Of a stretch of DNA of 64,000 nucleotides, positions 1 through 15,357 are shown in pieces. The notes beneath the pieces are model-generated. The model was not told the origin of the DNA and made no database searches. It worked only from the letters and a program-made list of their open reading frames with translations. Source of the stretch: Mobula hypostoma (Eukaryota). The stretch covers positions 237,462,001-237,526,000 of the forward strand of contig NC_086097.1 of the NCBI RefSeq assembly GCF_963921235.1. The letters run 5' to 3'. The first letter of the stretch is position 1, and the number at the start of each line of letters is the position of its first letter. A program made the position numbers and the translations under genes.

Positions 1-615
1 TAAGCTCATTAATTTCATCAATTTGCCTCCAGCTTCCACACTGTCCTTCAATTCACCTGGTCCATTTCTGACACTTCGCACCCTTTCCTTGATCTCTCTG
101 TCTCCATCTCTGGGGAAAAACTGTCAAACAATATCTATTTTTAAACCTACCAATTCCTACGGGTATCTTGACTATACCTTTTTCCACCCTGTCTCCTGTA
201 AAAATGCCATCCCCTTTTGTCAGTTCCTTCATTCCCACCGCAACTGTTCCCAGGATGCAGCTGTTTTTTCCAGGACATCAGAGATATTCTCTTTCTCGAA
301 GGAATGGTGTTTCCTTTCCTTCACCATTGACGTTGCCCTCACCCGCATCTCCTTCATTCCCTGGACATCCAGCTCACCTCATCTTCCCGCCGTCTCAACA
401 AGGATAGTGTTCCTCTTGTAGTTATCTACCATCCCATGAGCCTCTGCATCCAATATATCATTCTCCACAATCTCTACATTCTTCAATGGGACCCTACCAC
501 CAAACACATCTTTACCACCCCCCCCAACTCTTTGCTTTTCACAGGGATCATTCCCTCTGTGATTCCCTTGTCCATCCATTCTTCCCCACTAATCCCCATC
601 CTAGCACTTACCCCT
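1..615 (+). mobile_element. Degraded Penelope-like element (Neptune-type), RT C-terminal/linker fragment
   Basis: Across frameshifts it reads PFLDLSVSISG...FKPTNSYGYLDYT..HP..CKNAIPF.QFL, typical of the PLE RT thumb region. Confidence 0.75.
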
Positions 616-639
616 TAAAGCAGTACACCAAGGAATTTA

Positions 640-905
640 GAGTTGCTGACCTCCTCCACCTCTGATCCTCTGATGAGGGCTGGCTGGTTTCCTTTTCCTG
701 AAGTCAATAATCATATCCTTGGTCTTGCTGATATTGAATAAGAGGTTGTTGTTTTTAATGCACTACTTAACCAGATCTTCAACCTCCCTTTTATATTCTG
801 ATTTGTCACCACCTTTGATTCAGCCTACAACAGTGGAGTGTCAGCAAACGTGAATAAGGCATTGGAGCTGTGCTTTGCCACACAGCCATAAGTGTAAAGA
901 GAGTG
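640..905 (-). mobile_element. Rex1/L2-type LINE fragment
   Basis: Minus strand resembles the FADT/NNLLxNISKTKxMIIDFRK region seen in better copies at 29445-30150. Confidence 0.6.
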
Positions 906-1034
906 GAACAGGAAAGCACACAGCCTTCTTTAATATTTCAGTAATATTGGAGAAATATTGTAAATATATTGTTTAAGCATTTATTGTTGTTCACATCATT
1001 CATTACAGGTTGAATGTAAAAGTATGCGAATGTG

Positions 1035-1365
1035 ATCGACTCATGGATGAAACAAATATCTAACGAGGATGTCATGAACAGAGCAAACACAAAAAGAGAA
1101 ATAATGTATGAGATCATGAAAAATTAACGTAACTTCATTGGACATGTGATTGGGAAAGAGGAATTAGAATGCACGGTAATTACGGGAAAGATTGAAGGAA
1201 AGAAAGCAAGAGGAAGACAAAGACAAATGATGATGGAGACAGCAGCCAGAGAACTGGAAATGAATACCAATGAATTGATCTACTTGACCCGAAACAGGAG
1301 TGTGTGGGCCATGGCAGTCAAAGCTCAAACTGGGCATGGCACCTAATGATGATGATGATGATGAT
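1035..1365 (+). mobile_element. RTE-clade LINE 3' end with (TGA)n tail
   Basis: GKIEGKKARGRQR motif, then a (gat)n microsatellite tail; near-identical to 18850-19175. Confidence 0.85.
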
Positions 1366-3089
1366 CCATTGGACACAAACAAACATAATTAGCAGTGAAG
1401 AATGGCACGTGCTGAGTTTTTTTGGTGGTATTGGCTCCTATTACATTGTTTCTTAAACTGTTCAAACTTTCACAGAAAGTTTGTGGAGGATGCAATTTAA
1501 ACATAGAATGCCCAGAATTTTGCTGATTATGGCAGATGAGACTACCAAAACAATGGGACTATGTGAAACTATGTTCTTGTTGTCTTTATATATGAATAAA
1601 ATATAAACAAAGAGGTATTGGTTCTGCAAGCATTTTGAATATTTTCAGTATTTTTGCACAGAGATCAGCAATAATCAATGCCTTCATACACAGGGATTTA
1701 TTTTGCTGTTGGTGTACAAAACTTAATTGTTTTCATTGCTTCCCTGAAGAAAGCAGATTTGCAATCAATGATATTAATATTGCTTGTTCTCTTGGCATTT
1801 CTTTTGTTCCCTCTTTTCTTCAAGGATTTGACTTCCCTGCTCCAGTAAAGATTCAGTAGCAGTAATTATCCTACAAAATCTCACTATGTAATCTTCGCTC
1901 ATGCTTAAGTCTGAACGGCTGACTACTCGACCTTGAAGGAATACTGACATGTCTTGTTTTGATATCCTCAAGTGTGCACATCCAATCGATATTCTTGCAA
2001 AAATGACCTGAAGATCCTATAGGCAATTGCAACTCTTCTGCTACCACTGCAATTCAAAGAACAAATCTTTAAGTTCTGAGATGCTGCAGATGGAGAATGC
2101 AGCAAATTTCAGAATGCTCTGGTTTGTACATTACAAACTTCCAAAGCAAAACTGAACAAATACAGGGTGGAACTTTTTCTCCTCCATCTCCAAATGCATT
2201 CTCATTTCCACTTTATGATCGTACACCTTGTTACACTCATACGATTTACTAATGACTCTAATCAGACATTTTGATGCTTTATCAAAACAAAATAAAAAAG
2301 TGAATTGATCTTTCATGGACATGAGACTTTGTTGGATTCTGTAGGCTTTATTTTCACCTCCACTTAATGAAAAGTCTTATAATAACATTTGTTCCCCAAA
2401 AATTTTCAAACGGTCTGAACTGTGACCAGATAGAAAAATGCTTTTTCCATCCATGGCCTGTTTCTCATTTTATGAGTGGATGGATGGGCAGGGACTGGTT
2501 TGCTGTTGTTGTTTAACTTTAGTTATTGCGTTGTTATTGTTGCTTGTATTGCATTGTGGGCACACTGCATTGGCACCAGAATGTGTGGCAACACTTGCAG
2601 GCTGCTCTCAGCACATCCTTGGGCTGTGAATGTTTTTAATGCCAAGGATACATTTCACTGTATGTTGTAAACGTGGTAAATAAATGAATCTGAATCTGAG
2701 AAAGAATGTTATATTTGCACTTTTATGGATAATCATTACTTGTAGAAGAGTATCAGTATTATTTTCACCAATATACTCTACTTTCACTATTTAAATTCAA
2801 CAGGCTGTATTAGTATATTCTTAAACTGTACATTTATATTACTTTTTCTTAATATGGATTACTTAGAATTTGTATTTTAAATCAAGAATTTTAGTAAGAT
2901 TTTAGCTTCACCTATCATATTGCTTGTTTCATTACGTTTATTTTCAGTTCCATGGTTCCAAGTGAAAAATGTAGATTTTTATCCCTAGTGTTTGTTTATA
3001 CAGCATTATTATTCTAGCTTCAGGTTATTGGATCTCAGAGGTTAATCAATTCCGATTTAGTCCGCATTCATCTATATGGTATGGCCCCT

Positions 3090-3500
3090 ATTTTACTGCC
3101 CGTTAAGCCCCTGCTGTTTAGGGCAGCAAAGAGGGTCTTTTATCTCTGGTGGTGTTCAGGGATTCCTTCACCAAGTCAGTAGCTCAGTTTTTACTACAAG
3201 TCCCGGGTGGAGACTCAGGAATACCATCGTACTCAGATGTAGAAGGATTCTTCACTGTTGGTTCCGTAACAGTTTTGTTTTACCAGCCAGGATTGTTAGC
3301 CCTGAGCTGAACCCCCCCCCCCCCCTGAACCTGGAGGACTGGTGGACCACTCTTAGTCTGGCCTCTAGGCTTGACCTGTTTGGAATGGGTGACCCTACCA
3401 AGAGCCAAAGCATAAAGCCCTGACTCCAGCCAACATCGTGCTCAGGGTCATTGAGGTCCGTAAGCCTCCAAACCCTATGACATGTTTGCGGTCCTGTTGG
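3090..3500 (-). mobile_element. Non-autonomous RTE-derived short element (copy 1 of 3)
   Basis: Reverse complement of the element at 55620-56022 (ggtagggtcaccca..ccaaacagg, ggtggtcc..gtcctcca, gggctaacaa). Confidence 0.6.
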
Positions 3501-3608
3501 AGCTACGTGGCATGGAGTTTGTTAAGGATCAGTCAATAATTTTGGAACATAAGTCAACCATTCACAGGGATATCTAACCCCATCCCACTGAAACCTCAAT
3601 GCTATCTA

Positions 3609-3959
<351 letters not shown>

Positions 3960-5469
3960 TTATGAGGACACGCAGTCCTCTATTATTGTCATTTAGTAAT
4001 CTATGCATTAAGAAATGATACAAAATTGTCACCACACAAATGTGTAAGGCATTAAAAATGTTCTCAAGGAAGAGAGTCCTTCATAAATGTAAACATCCAT
4101 CACTCAGCTGTACTAAATAATAAAAGCAGAAAATACTTCATTTTATTTGGAGAAACAGAACAGAACAGTCCGCTCTATTCCAACGAGATGCACCACCCAG
4201 CAATCCACCTTTTTAACACTAGCCTAATCCCAGGACAATTCAGAGCGACAATTAACCTACTAACTGGTAGGCCTTTGGATTGTGGGAGGAAACTGAAGCA
4301 CCTGGAGAAAACTCAAGCATTCATGGGGAGGGCGTACAAACTCTTTACAGATGGCACTGGAATTGAACTCCAAACTTTAATGCCCCAAGTTGTGTCAGTG
4401 TCACGTGACCTGATATGCTGCTGTGGCACGTGGGAAATGTCTTGTTGGGATTGATCTCTGGTAAGAAGTTGATTTACAATTGTAACAGAGTCAAAGAAGG
4501 GAAGGGGATACTGGCTAGAGGATACAAATTTTAAAATTCAAACTCTTAATATTTTTAAAATTGCAATCAACTCTCCAGTGATCTGTTTACTTCATATTTG
4601 TGTTATCTATTGACAGATTTACTTTATTTCCAACAATGTTCATTTGCCGATTCGAATAGTTTGAATGGTTTGAATTTTTCAGTTTAATTGATGAAAATTC
4701 CTTAAAGAGTGCGGATTAGCTCTATTTGTCACATGCACATCAAAGCATACAGAGAAGTAAACTGTTTGTGTCAATGACAAACACCGTCTTGAGGGTTTGC
4801 TGGGGGCAGTCTGCAAGTGCTGCCACACTATCACGTAGCACATCCACACCTTACTAACCTTAACCTGTATTGTACATCTTTGGAATGTGCGGGGAAACCA
4901 AAGCATCTGGAGGAAACCCACTTGGTTCCAGGCAGACCATGCAAACCCCTTACCGACAGTAATAGGAATTGAATTCCATGGTCGCTGTTAAAACTCATGA
5001 AAATGAAGATGTGAGGAGTCTGAAATATGGTTCTATTTTGAATTTGCTTTAAGTGAGGCACGCATGTATCACGTGAAAGCATAATGATGTACGCAATTAA
5101 CATATTTTTACATATAACTCGTAATCAATTACTTAAATGAACAAGAATACTTAATCAAACAATACATACATATACAGAACAGTCACTCTACTACCTTCCT
5201 CAAGGCTTATTTGATAAAATTGTTTCTCTTCATTTGTCAAGCCCTTTGCATTTTCCATGCACTCTCTGCATTAAGAATGTCATGTCCATATTTGACAATG
5301 TTCGTGGAGACAACCATACTTTTTCAAAGGATGGCCTGGTCAATGACAGGACAACTCTGACTTCATAGATGATGATAAATGGTAATATCTTAACACAACT
5401 ATGATCAGATATGTTATCATGAACAATTTTAACCTGGCTACAATTCACCGAGGACAAAACCTAGTGCAT

Positions 5470-5745
5470 TTTTTGACTGAAGGTCGTGAGTTCGAGCTCC
5501 AGCCAAGGCAGCATGATGTGTCCTTGAGCAAGGCACTTAATCACTCAGTGCTCTGCGACGACACTGGTGTATGGGTCCTAATGCCCTTCCCTTGGACAAC
5601 ATCGTTGTCGTGGAGAGGGAGACTTGCAGCATAGGCAACTGCCGGTCTTCCATACAACCTTGCCCAGGCCTACGCCCTGGAGAGTGAAGACTTTCCAGGT
5701 GCAGATCCACGGTCTTGCAAGACTAAAGGATGCCTTATTATTATT
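5470..5745 (+). mobile_element. tRNA-derived SINE (5'-degraded)
   Basis: Box B-like gagttcgagct, then gtgtccttgagcaaggcacttaa shared with the SINE at 11925-12160; (tta)n tail. Confidence 0.65.
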
Positions 5746-5824
5746 TTTGACTGGGCCTTTCATTAAAAGTTAAAAATCTCAAGTTGTGCCAAATACAAAA
5801 TACACCTAAAGCAATTAAAATTTA

Positions 5825-6109
<285 letters not shown>

Positions 6110-7018
6110 TTAAAATCACAGTCAGCCAGGAATCATTGCACTATCCAAAGATAAGGTCAAAGCAAAATTTATTATCAAAGCATATATATATATTACCATG
6201 TACTTCCTTGACATACATTTTCTTGAAGGCATTTACAATAGAAATACAATACAATGGAATTTACTTTTTAAAAAAGTTATACATTAACCAATAACCAATT
6301 TCCCCCGGGATCAATAAAGTATGGCTATGATTATGACTATGACATTAACCAGACTTTTCCCCTTCTTTTCCAGTCCTGGTGAAAAGTTTTGGTCCTAAAC
6401 ATTGACAGTTTACTCTTTTCCATAGATGCTGCCTGGCCTGCTGATTTCTCCAGCATTTAGTGTGTGTGTTACTATACATAAGTAAAGACTGACAAATAAC
6501 CAATGTGAAGCGAGGTTGACTCTTCACAGGAAGATTATTCTTCATTGCAACAAACTCTACTGCCTAAATGCTTTGGATTAACAAAATAGATAATGAAAGA
6601 ATCAATTATAGCTAGTATAGAACGTATTTGCAGTGGAAAATTGTAGAAAATACCATGCTTTTTAAAACCATGAGGAATGAATAGTTTATGTAAATATGTG
6701 CCATATGCATGCTGGATTAGCTCTCACTGTGTGTCTGTTGACACTAATGAATTCATGGACATTATGCTAGTGCACGTTTGGGGAAACAGTCCTACCTGTT
6801 CAGTGCCTTCCAGCTTTTATCTCCTACATGCATGACTTCTTTGCTAACAATACTGAACATCAAGCATGTAATCCAAAAGTATAAATTTAGTGATTGGAGA
6901 GATGAAGCAGAAAAAGCAATAGCAGCAGGATTCTGCGCAGCAGTCAAAAATGTAATAATGTCACAGTAACAGTGCACTCTGGAGTAATCCTGCGGAATGT
7001 ACTCACTCCTCTTTATTC

Positions 7019-7670
7019 TACACTTAGTGGCCACTTTATTACATATACTTTTACACCTGCTCTTTAATGCAAATATCTAAGCTGCCAATCATGTGGCAGC
7101 AACTCAATGCATAAAGGCATGCAGAGATGCGCAAAAAGTTCACCTGTTGTTCAGACCAAACATCTGAATGGGGAATAAATGTAATGTGAGTGACTTTGAC
7201 CGTGGAATGATTGTTGGTGCCAGACAGGGTGGTTTGAGTGTCTCGGAAACTGCTGACCTACTGGGATTTTTACGCACGACACTCTCTGGAGCAGGGGCTG
7301 CCAATCTGGGGTCCACGGGTACCTTGCTTAATTGCATTTGTCCATGGCATAAAAAAAGTTTGGAAGCCCTTCTCAAGAGTTCACAGAGAACCATGTGGAA
7401 AAACAAACAAAAACATCCAGTGAGTAGCATTTCTATGGGCAAAAATGGCTTGTTAATGAGAGAAGAATGGACAGACTGGTTCAAGCTGACAGGACGGTGA
7501 CAATAACTCAAATAACTACACATTACAACAATGGCGCCCAGAAGAGCATCTCTGAAGGCATAACATGTCGAACCTAGAAGTGGATGGGCTTGAGCAGCGG
7601 AATACCATGAACATACACTCAATGGTCCCTTTATTAGGTACCACCCAATAAACTCATTGAAAAATGTGTA
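7019..7670 (+). mobile_element. Non-autonomous Tc1-like DNA transposon
   Basis: TA-flanked end cacttagtggccactttatta; ORF remnant MGNKCNVSDFDRGMIVGARQGGLSVSETADLLGF is a Tc1 paired-type HTH. Contains a small hAT-type MITE at about 7292-7371. Confidence 0.8.
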
Positions 7671-8384
7671 TATTGCCTGATACGTGACTACTTTCGATCT
7701 AATGTGGAATTTTCAGAAGGTGTTGGATTACCCAACACTTTGATGAGTGTAAATCTGGCAAAATGCAAAAAAAGCCATCTTTATCTTCTATATCTACAAA
7801 TATATAATTTGAAGATGAATATTAATCATTATGTATGCATTTAACTTGTTCTTTATATTGATAGATGGTAACCATACTGCTATAAATAACTGAGTTGTCT
7901 TGAAGGACCAAGCGCATTACTCCAGCTCCATATTTATATGCCCCTACTAATGATGGTATGGTGCAATTTACCATGTGTACCTGGTGTAAGTATCCCTGAA
8001 CTTCATCTTGACTAATTTTATATTATTTCAGGGTATAAAAAATCTATTTTAGTAATGGAAATTTTTCACAGGATGAAAGTTTAGAAGTCTAAACCCAATG
8101 AAACACAACACTGAAAAAATAACAAAGAATAGCAACAATACAGGAAGAAAATTTGAATTGTCTGTAACTTTTAAATCCACCACCCAAAAACAAGCATCAG
8201 AAACATGCATTCCATTTGGCATCAGGTACAGATGTATCCACTTGGGTTTCTTCTCTCTTGGTCTACCCTCCATCTGGTTCCACCTGCTTTCATCTCTCTC
8301 TTGTCTGGTTCCATTTATCTGTTCTATGTATCTACCTGTCTCCACCTGCCTGATTTTGTATTCTTATCTACTTGCATCTGTCAC

Positions 8385-8546
8385 CCACCAGTCTCAGAAC
8401 CAGCCCCTCTCCCCCAATTAGCTCCATATGTCCTTCATCCCCCACCTCACCTGGTTCCAACTATCATCCACCAGTCTTGAAACCAGCTCCTCTCCCCCAA
8501 TTAGCTCCATGTGCACTTCATCCCCCACCTCACCTGGTCCCACCTA
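8385..8546 (+). repeat. Two-copy tandem duplication, period 83 nt, in a pyrimidine-rich tract
   Basis: ccaccagtct...ctcccccaattagctccat...catcccccacctcacctggt repeated at 8385 and 8468. Confidence 0.85.
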
Positions 8547-9848
8547 ACACCTGCCAGCCCTCATGTCACCCTTCCCTCTCACTTCTTCTAGCTGTCACCT
8601 TCATGTCTATTAAACCAATAGTTTTCTCCCATTATTCTTGCGTGTGTGGCTTTTTCTTTTTTTTTAACTTTATTTTTATTGTTTTGCCAATAACAGAATA
8701 AAAATAAACAGACAGACAGGGTCATCATAGGTGAAGTAAAATCCATATCTTATAATAGAAAAAATGAATAGCAAAATGGGTTACATTGCTGTATCAAAGT
8801 TAACCAAACTCTTATGTCCATAATTGTCCTTCAAAGTCTCAGGGGACCTTAAGATCCATAACTCTTAAAGTCCATTCTGCAGGTTCCCTCATAGGATACG
8901 CTGTCATCTTATATAAGCCATTCAAGTCATGATGAAGCTATGCATGTCCTTGCTCAGACTACAAGTGAATCTATCCTTCCGTCTAATGTAAACAGATTTA
9001 CTTCAAAGATGAGTGTTAGTTCTGGATAGTGGAACTGTTGTAACTACTCTGGCAGGGTAATCATCTGCTACAAGTAAAGAATCAGAATCAGGTTTATTAT
9101 CATGACCAAACACTTGAAATTTGTTGTTTTATGGCAGCAGTACGGTGTAAGACATAAAATTGCATTTAGCTACAATCAATAAATAGTGTAAAAGAGGAAT
9201 ATGTTCATGGGTTCATGGACTATTCAGAAATCTGATGGTGGAAGGGAAGAAGCTGTACCTAAAACATTGAGTGTAGGTCTTCTGGCTCCTGTATCTCCTC
9301 CCTGATGAAAGTTAGCAGAAGCGGGCATGTCTTGGCTGGCGAGGGTACGTAATGAAAGATCCCACCTTTTGACCATGTCCTCGATGGTGGGGAGGGTTAT
9401 GCCTATGATGGAGCTGACTGAGTTCTTAATCAGAATGTGTGTCTTCCTTATACGGTGGTCTTGCGATATTTTAGCAGAAATAATACCATATCACCAAGCA
9501 ACAATTTCGAGTTAACTTCTAGCTATGATGGGGAAAATCTTCCAGTTCTTGCTTCTGTCCCAAGTCAACATCCTCTATTACCCTTCCCCACACAATTAAT
9601 TACATTGGATAGAGACAATTAATTCATGAAAATTCCTCAGTCTCTCAAATAAATCCATCGTGATGGGGATTGGATTAATGTCACACATTTGGATCAATTG
9701 CCCTGCATCTTTTTAAGACAACTGCAATTATTAATAACAGTTTGCTCATGATTACAAAACAGACAACATAAAACTGGTCAAAAATTATGGGGTACAATCA
9801 GGCAAATTTTAGTGAGAAAAGAAGAAGTAAAAATTCAAATAAATATTA

Positions 9849-10106
<258 letters not shown>

Positions 10107-10136
10107 TTAAATCAACATGTGGTTCACGCAGAATCA

Positions 10137-10349
10137 CAAACGAGAAAATCTGCAGACGCTGGAGATCCAAAGCAACACACATAAAGTGCAGGAGGAACTG
10201 AACAGGCCAGGCAGCATATATGGAAAAGAGTAAATAGTAAATGCTTCAGGCCAAGACACTTCATCAGGGCCCGAAACGACAACTGTTCACTCTTATCATT
10301 GGATGCTGTCTGGCCTGCTGAGTACCTCCAGTGTTTTGTGTGTGTGTTG
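10137..10349. mobile_element. Fold-back Penelope-derived insertion with 12-bp TSD
   Basis: TSD cacgcagaatca at 10125-10136 and 10350-10361; the two arms are imperfect reverse complements. Confidence 0.85.
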
Positions 10350-11924
10350 CACGCAGAATCAGAAATAGGTTTATTGTCACCGACATACATCATGAATTTG
10401 GTTGTTGTACAGTGCAATACATAAAATACACTATAAATTATAATATATATATATATATATGAATAAATAGTGTAAAAATAATGAAATAGTGTTTACATTT
10501 ACATGTTTTATAGTCTTCCATGGAAAATCTGTCTCAATCAGTTAAAATGGTGAGTACAAATCTTAACTTCCCATGTAATTTTTCTTCATCAAAAAAGATG
10601 TAATGTGAGCTGTCCACTCACACCTTCCTAATAACTGATTCTGCACAGAAATCATCCCCAGAAAATTGCTCCAGTAATTACTGTAAATGGTACCACTCTA
10701 GCCCTATCAGCCTGATGTGTCTTCAGAACTCCTCAGAATATAGAACATACAAAAAGGAAAATCCAAAACTATTCTTTGATTTGGACTCTTAAAATTTTTC
10801 TGTAATGATAGGCAGTGAAATGGGAGGGCAGTAGGCCAGTAATATCTGCCATCAAGGACACACAGTATATGCAGAAAAATGCTGGAAAAAGGTAAGAAAT
10901 ATCATAAAAGATTCCACCCATCTTGCTTGTCCCACTCCCATAAGGAAGGAGACTATGTAGCATCCATGCCAGGACCACCAGAAACAAAAAGAGTTACTTT
11001 TGCCATGCAGTAAGACCGATCAACAGCTCCACCCACTAACCAATCCCACCACCACTGCTGTCAGTATCATCTTATGTACAGACACTCCTGTACCTAGTTT
11101 TACTTTATGTACATACAATCTATGAATACGAGATATCTTATGTATATATAGTTGTTGTGTTTTTTTAATTGTAGTGTTCTTTATCTTATCTTTTTTTTCG
11201 TGCTGCATTGGATCTGGAGTAACAAATATTTTGTTCTGCTTTACAGTTGTGTACTGGAAATGACATTAAACAATCTTGAACTTTGATTAACAACACACAC
11301 AAAATGGTGGGGGAACTCAGCAGGCCAGGCAGCATCTATGGAAAAGAGTACAGTGGATGTTTCGGGCCAAGACCCTTCAGTAAGACTGATCCTGAGCACT
11401 AGGCTTAATGATCAAAGAGGAAGTGCAGAAAAGCTTCTAGATCTTGTTCCGTTTTGATCAGTGATATTAAATATTGACCTTTGTGGCTCTGAACAAACTT
11501 TTGATACGTATTTGTTCACAGGAAATTTTCAAGTTACTTTTATAATTAAGTTCCTTTCACCACACTTCAAACAGTGGATTTTGGAACCCAACAATTTACT
11601 GCAAGAAAAAGAATGCTTCCTCTTAATCTTCACCAACATTTAAAAAACTGGCATCCATTGGTTAAAATGTAATTGCAAATCAAATTTCCCTAAATATTCT
11701 AAACCACACTCCTCATAATTTGAAACACATCTATTAAACAATTTCTCTGTTTTCCAGCTTTCAGAAGAGCACTCAGCTTGACCAGTTTCTGTATGGCTCT
11801 CCGCCTTTTCTAATTTCCTTGCTATCTACAGAGGTTTTTGGTTGTATTCTGTGTTTCTCTTACATTTTAAAACTGAACTTCTCACAGTTGCATTGCCTTC
11901 CTAAAATGTATCGGCTCTCTTTTA

Positions 11925-12160
11925 TCCACATGAGGGGAGGGAACGTCGACTCAGACCATGAGAGGCCTGCGTCGGGCATTTTCATGCCTTACAAGGCGCA
12001 GATTGGAAGTCTGTGTGGGGCGCCACTCCTCACACAGACACTAGAGCAATGTATGATTAAGTGCCTTGCTCAAGGGCACAAACACGCTGCCACAGCTGAG
12101 GCTCGAACTAGCGACCTTGAGGTAACTAGACGAATGCCTTAACCTCTTGGCCACGTGCCC
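11925..12160 (-). mobile_element. tRNA-derived SINE with Pol III boxes
   Basis: Minus strand: gggcacgTGGCCAAGAGGttaaggc (box A) ... AGTTCGAGCC (box B), then gtgcccttgagcaaggcacttaa. Confidence 0.8.
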
Positions 12161-12174
12161 AAAACATGGATAAA

Positions 12175-12775
12175 TTCAGCCTCTACTTTCTGAGGAGGCT
12201 GAGAGAGCTGGTCTATGCACACCAATTCTCATGACCTTCTACAGATACGCAGCTGAGAGCATCCTAACTTGTTGCATCACTATGTGGTACCGAAATTGCA
12301 CTACGGCAGACAGGAGGGCTTGACTACGAGTCGTTAAAACTGACCAATGCATTACCTACCTGCTTACCTGCCATCAAGGACGCGTATACAGATAGGAGCC
12401 AGAAAAAGGGCAGCAATATCATGAATGATCCCACTCCCATCAGGGAAGAGTCTACATTTCATCCATGCCCGGACCATCCGACTCAAAAACAGTTATTTCC
12501 CCCAACCCATCAGGTTGATTAACACTGCCACCCATTAACCCACTCCACCCCACTGCATATATATCACCTGGCATGTATATACAATCAGCTTATGTATATA
12601 ACAGTTATTTGTACATTGTGTTTAATAGGATAGCTTTTATATTACCATTTATTGTGTTTTTTTGGGTTTTAATTTTTTTTTGCTGTATTGGATCTGGAGT
12701 AACAATCACTTTGTTCTCCTTTACATTTGGATACTGAAGAATGACAATAAATAATCGTGAATTTTGAATCTTGAA
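12175..12775 (+). mobile_element. Rex1/L2-type LINE 3' portion
   Basis: LYFLRRL..FYR...ESILT.CITMWY remnant; 3' UTR shared with 10820-11285; ends in an aatcttgaa-type tail. Confidence 0.7.
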
Positions 12776-14254
12776 TGAGAAAAAAAAATTCTGCCAGAAG
12801 ACTGTCTAATTTACCAGACTGGTATTTTCTCAATTTTTCCCTTCTTTCATGTTTTAGGATGTCATCAGACTTTGAAATTATGCAGCCTTCTGCTGTCTGG
12901 TTTATGAAGAATGATCAAAAGAGCAGTCATTTTAATCCAGAGGCATCTGTTCACCACCCTCTTCTTCATTACAAAGGTCATGTTTATATAATCACACGAG
13001 TGTTTCCAAAATAGTTGGCAAATGTTAACGTAATGACTTGATAACTTAAATTACTTCTAACTTTCAAATAATATCTGAAATTCATATTCTGACAATTTTA
13101 ATCTTGAATTATACGGCTCATTAGGAATGTACAAATATAAAATAAACATGAGTAGACAGTCTCTCTTATGTACTCTGTTAGTCAACAAAATCATGACTGA
13201 TCTTCAATCTCAGTGCTCTTCCTGCGTTAAAAACATACCCCTTGATTCTCTTAACATCAAAATATCAATCAATCTCATCATATATTCAGTGACTGGGCTT
13301 TCCTACCTCTCTTAGATAGTGAATTCAAAAGATTTACTCTCATCTGAATAAAGAAATGTCTGCTCATCCCTGTCCTGATTGGCCAACCTCATGTTTAAGA
13401 ACTGTAACCTCTAGTTTTGTACCTCAGACAAGGGAGGTACAATCCCCACTTCTATGCTGTTGTGAAAATTTTTGCATATTTCAGTGAAATCCCCATCCAT
13501 TCTTCAAAGCTTGACAATGTGAAATGCTAATTTGCCTAATCTCTCTTCAGATGACACATTCCCCATTCCGTAATTCATTCTGGTGAACTTTCACAACACC
13601 CTCTCTATCACAATTATCTCCCTCCTTAGGGGCAGAGTTCAAACCTACAGGTGCAATCTCACCTGGGCACTATGCATTGTAGCAAGATGAGTATAGCAAC
13701 CAAATCCTCTTGCAGTTAGAGCCAACATTTCATTGACTCTTCTAATTTCTATCTGAGCCTACAAGTAAACATGCAATGATTTGTGTACAAGATCAGCCAG
13801 GTCCTTTTGAATACTAACATTAGTCCTGGTGAAGAGCCTTGGCCCAAGATGTCGACACGTGTTGCCTGACCTGCTGAGTTCCTCCAGCGTTTTGTGCATG
13901 TTACTCTAAGTACCAAAATACTCTAATCTGACACTATTTAAGAATTTTCCTGTCGAAATAAGGATTCTGTCTGGATAAAGAAAAGATGTAAATATATTTC
14001 CTTGTTTTGAAACCTTGATGAAGGTCAACTTTATTTGCCACATGTATATCGAAACATACAGAAATGCATCATTTGCATCAAATCCAATCAGCAACCATTT
14101 TGTTGGGGTAGCCTGTAAGTGTCACAATGCTTCCAGCACCAACACATGGCATGCCTAGAAACTTACTAACCCCATGCTTTTGGAATGTGTGTTGGAGAAC
14201 CCAGACAAAACCCACGCGATCATGTGGAGAATGTATAAGCTCTTTACAGTCAGT

Positions 14255-14520
14255 AGCCCTTAACACCCGAAGACCAAGGAGATCATTGTGGACTTCAGGC
14301 ATGCTAGGAGTCACACTCACGTCACCATCTACATCAACGGAATTGTAGTGGAGCGTGTATCAAGCTTCAAATTCCTTGGTGTCCACATTTCGGAGGATCT
14401 CACCTGGTCCCTGAACTCCTCCAACCTAATCAAAAAGGCGCAAAAGCACCTTTATTTCCTGCAGAGCGTGAAGAAAGTTCACCTCTGTCCCAGGATACTG
14501 ACGGACTTTTAACGCTGTAC
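14255..14520 (+). mobile_element. Rex1/L2-type LINE fragment
   Basis: DFR...ERVSSFKFLGVHISEDLTWS..KKAQ..LYFL. Confidence 0.8.
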
Positions 14521-14927
14521 CATAGAACCATAGAACCATAGAAATTACAGCACAGAAACAGGCCCTTTGGCCCTTCTTGGCTGTGCCGAACCATTTTCTG
14601 CCTAGTCCCACTGACCTGCACACGGACCATATCCCTCCATACACCTCCCATCCATGTATCTGTCCAATTTATTCTTAAGTGTTAAAAAAGAATCTGCATT
14701 TACCACCTCGTCTGGCAGCTCATTCCATACTCCCATCACTCTCTGTGTGAAGAAGCCCCCCCTAATGTTCCCTTTAAACTTTTCCCCCCTCACCCTTAAC
14801 CCATGTCCTCTGGTTTTTTTCTCCCCTTGCCTCAGTGGAAAAAGCCTGCTTGCATTCACTCTATCTATACCCATCATAATTTTATATACCTCTATCAAAT
14901 CTCCCCTCATTCTTCTACGCTCCAGGG
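14521..14927 (-). mobile_element. CR1 LINE 3' end
   Basis: MRGDLIEVYKIM..TRGHG...FFTQRV..VWNELP; octamer tail (catagaac)n on the plus strand. Confidence 0.88.
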
Positions 14928-14986
14928 ACCTGAGTCACCTATACTGTAGAGTATTGTGCCAATCACTACATTACCCTAGTTCAGCA

Positions 14987-15201
14987 CAAACACGAGAAAA
15001 TCTGCAGGTACTAGAATCCAACAGAACACACAAAATGCTGGAGGAACTCCACAGGTCAGGCACTATCTATGGAAAACAGCAAACGCCGACATTTTGAACT
15101 TCCATCACGATGAAGGGTCTCGACCCAAAATGTCGACTGTTTACTCTTTTCCATAGACGCTGCCTCGCCTGCTGAGTTTCTCCAGCATTTTGTGTGTGTT
15201 T
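14987..15201. mobile_element. Fold-back Penelope-derived insertion with 13-bp TSD
   Basis: TSD ccctagttcagca at 14974-14986 and 15202-15214; inverted arms with a decayed hammerhead motif (gatgaagggtctcgacccaaaatgtcgac). Confidence 0.85.
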
Positions 15202-15357
15202 CCCTAGTTCAGCATTTTACAATATATTCAAGATTTCAAAATGCCTTGTTCAAAAGATTTAAACAAAGAAACTGACACAAAGAAATGAAAGGGAATATTG
15301 GACAACTGGCTTAACAGAGTTTCTTTTGTTAAGAATTACTAAGAAGTGTAATTTAGA

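Noticed and set aside
1400..3080. Next CSMD3 CUB exon, or a gene in ORFs 1635-1859 and 1774-1971
   Set aside because: No CGx...LSPNYP-type CUB signature or other recognisable domain; the next exon is probably outside the window.
11925..12160. tRNA gene
   Set aside because: Boxes A and B are present, but I see no acceptor-stem closure and it runs into a SINE body shared with 5470-5745.
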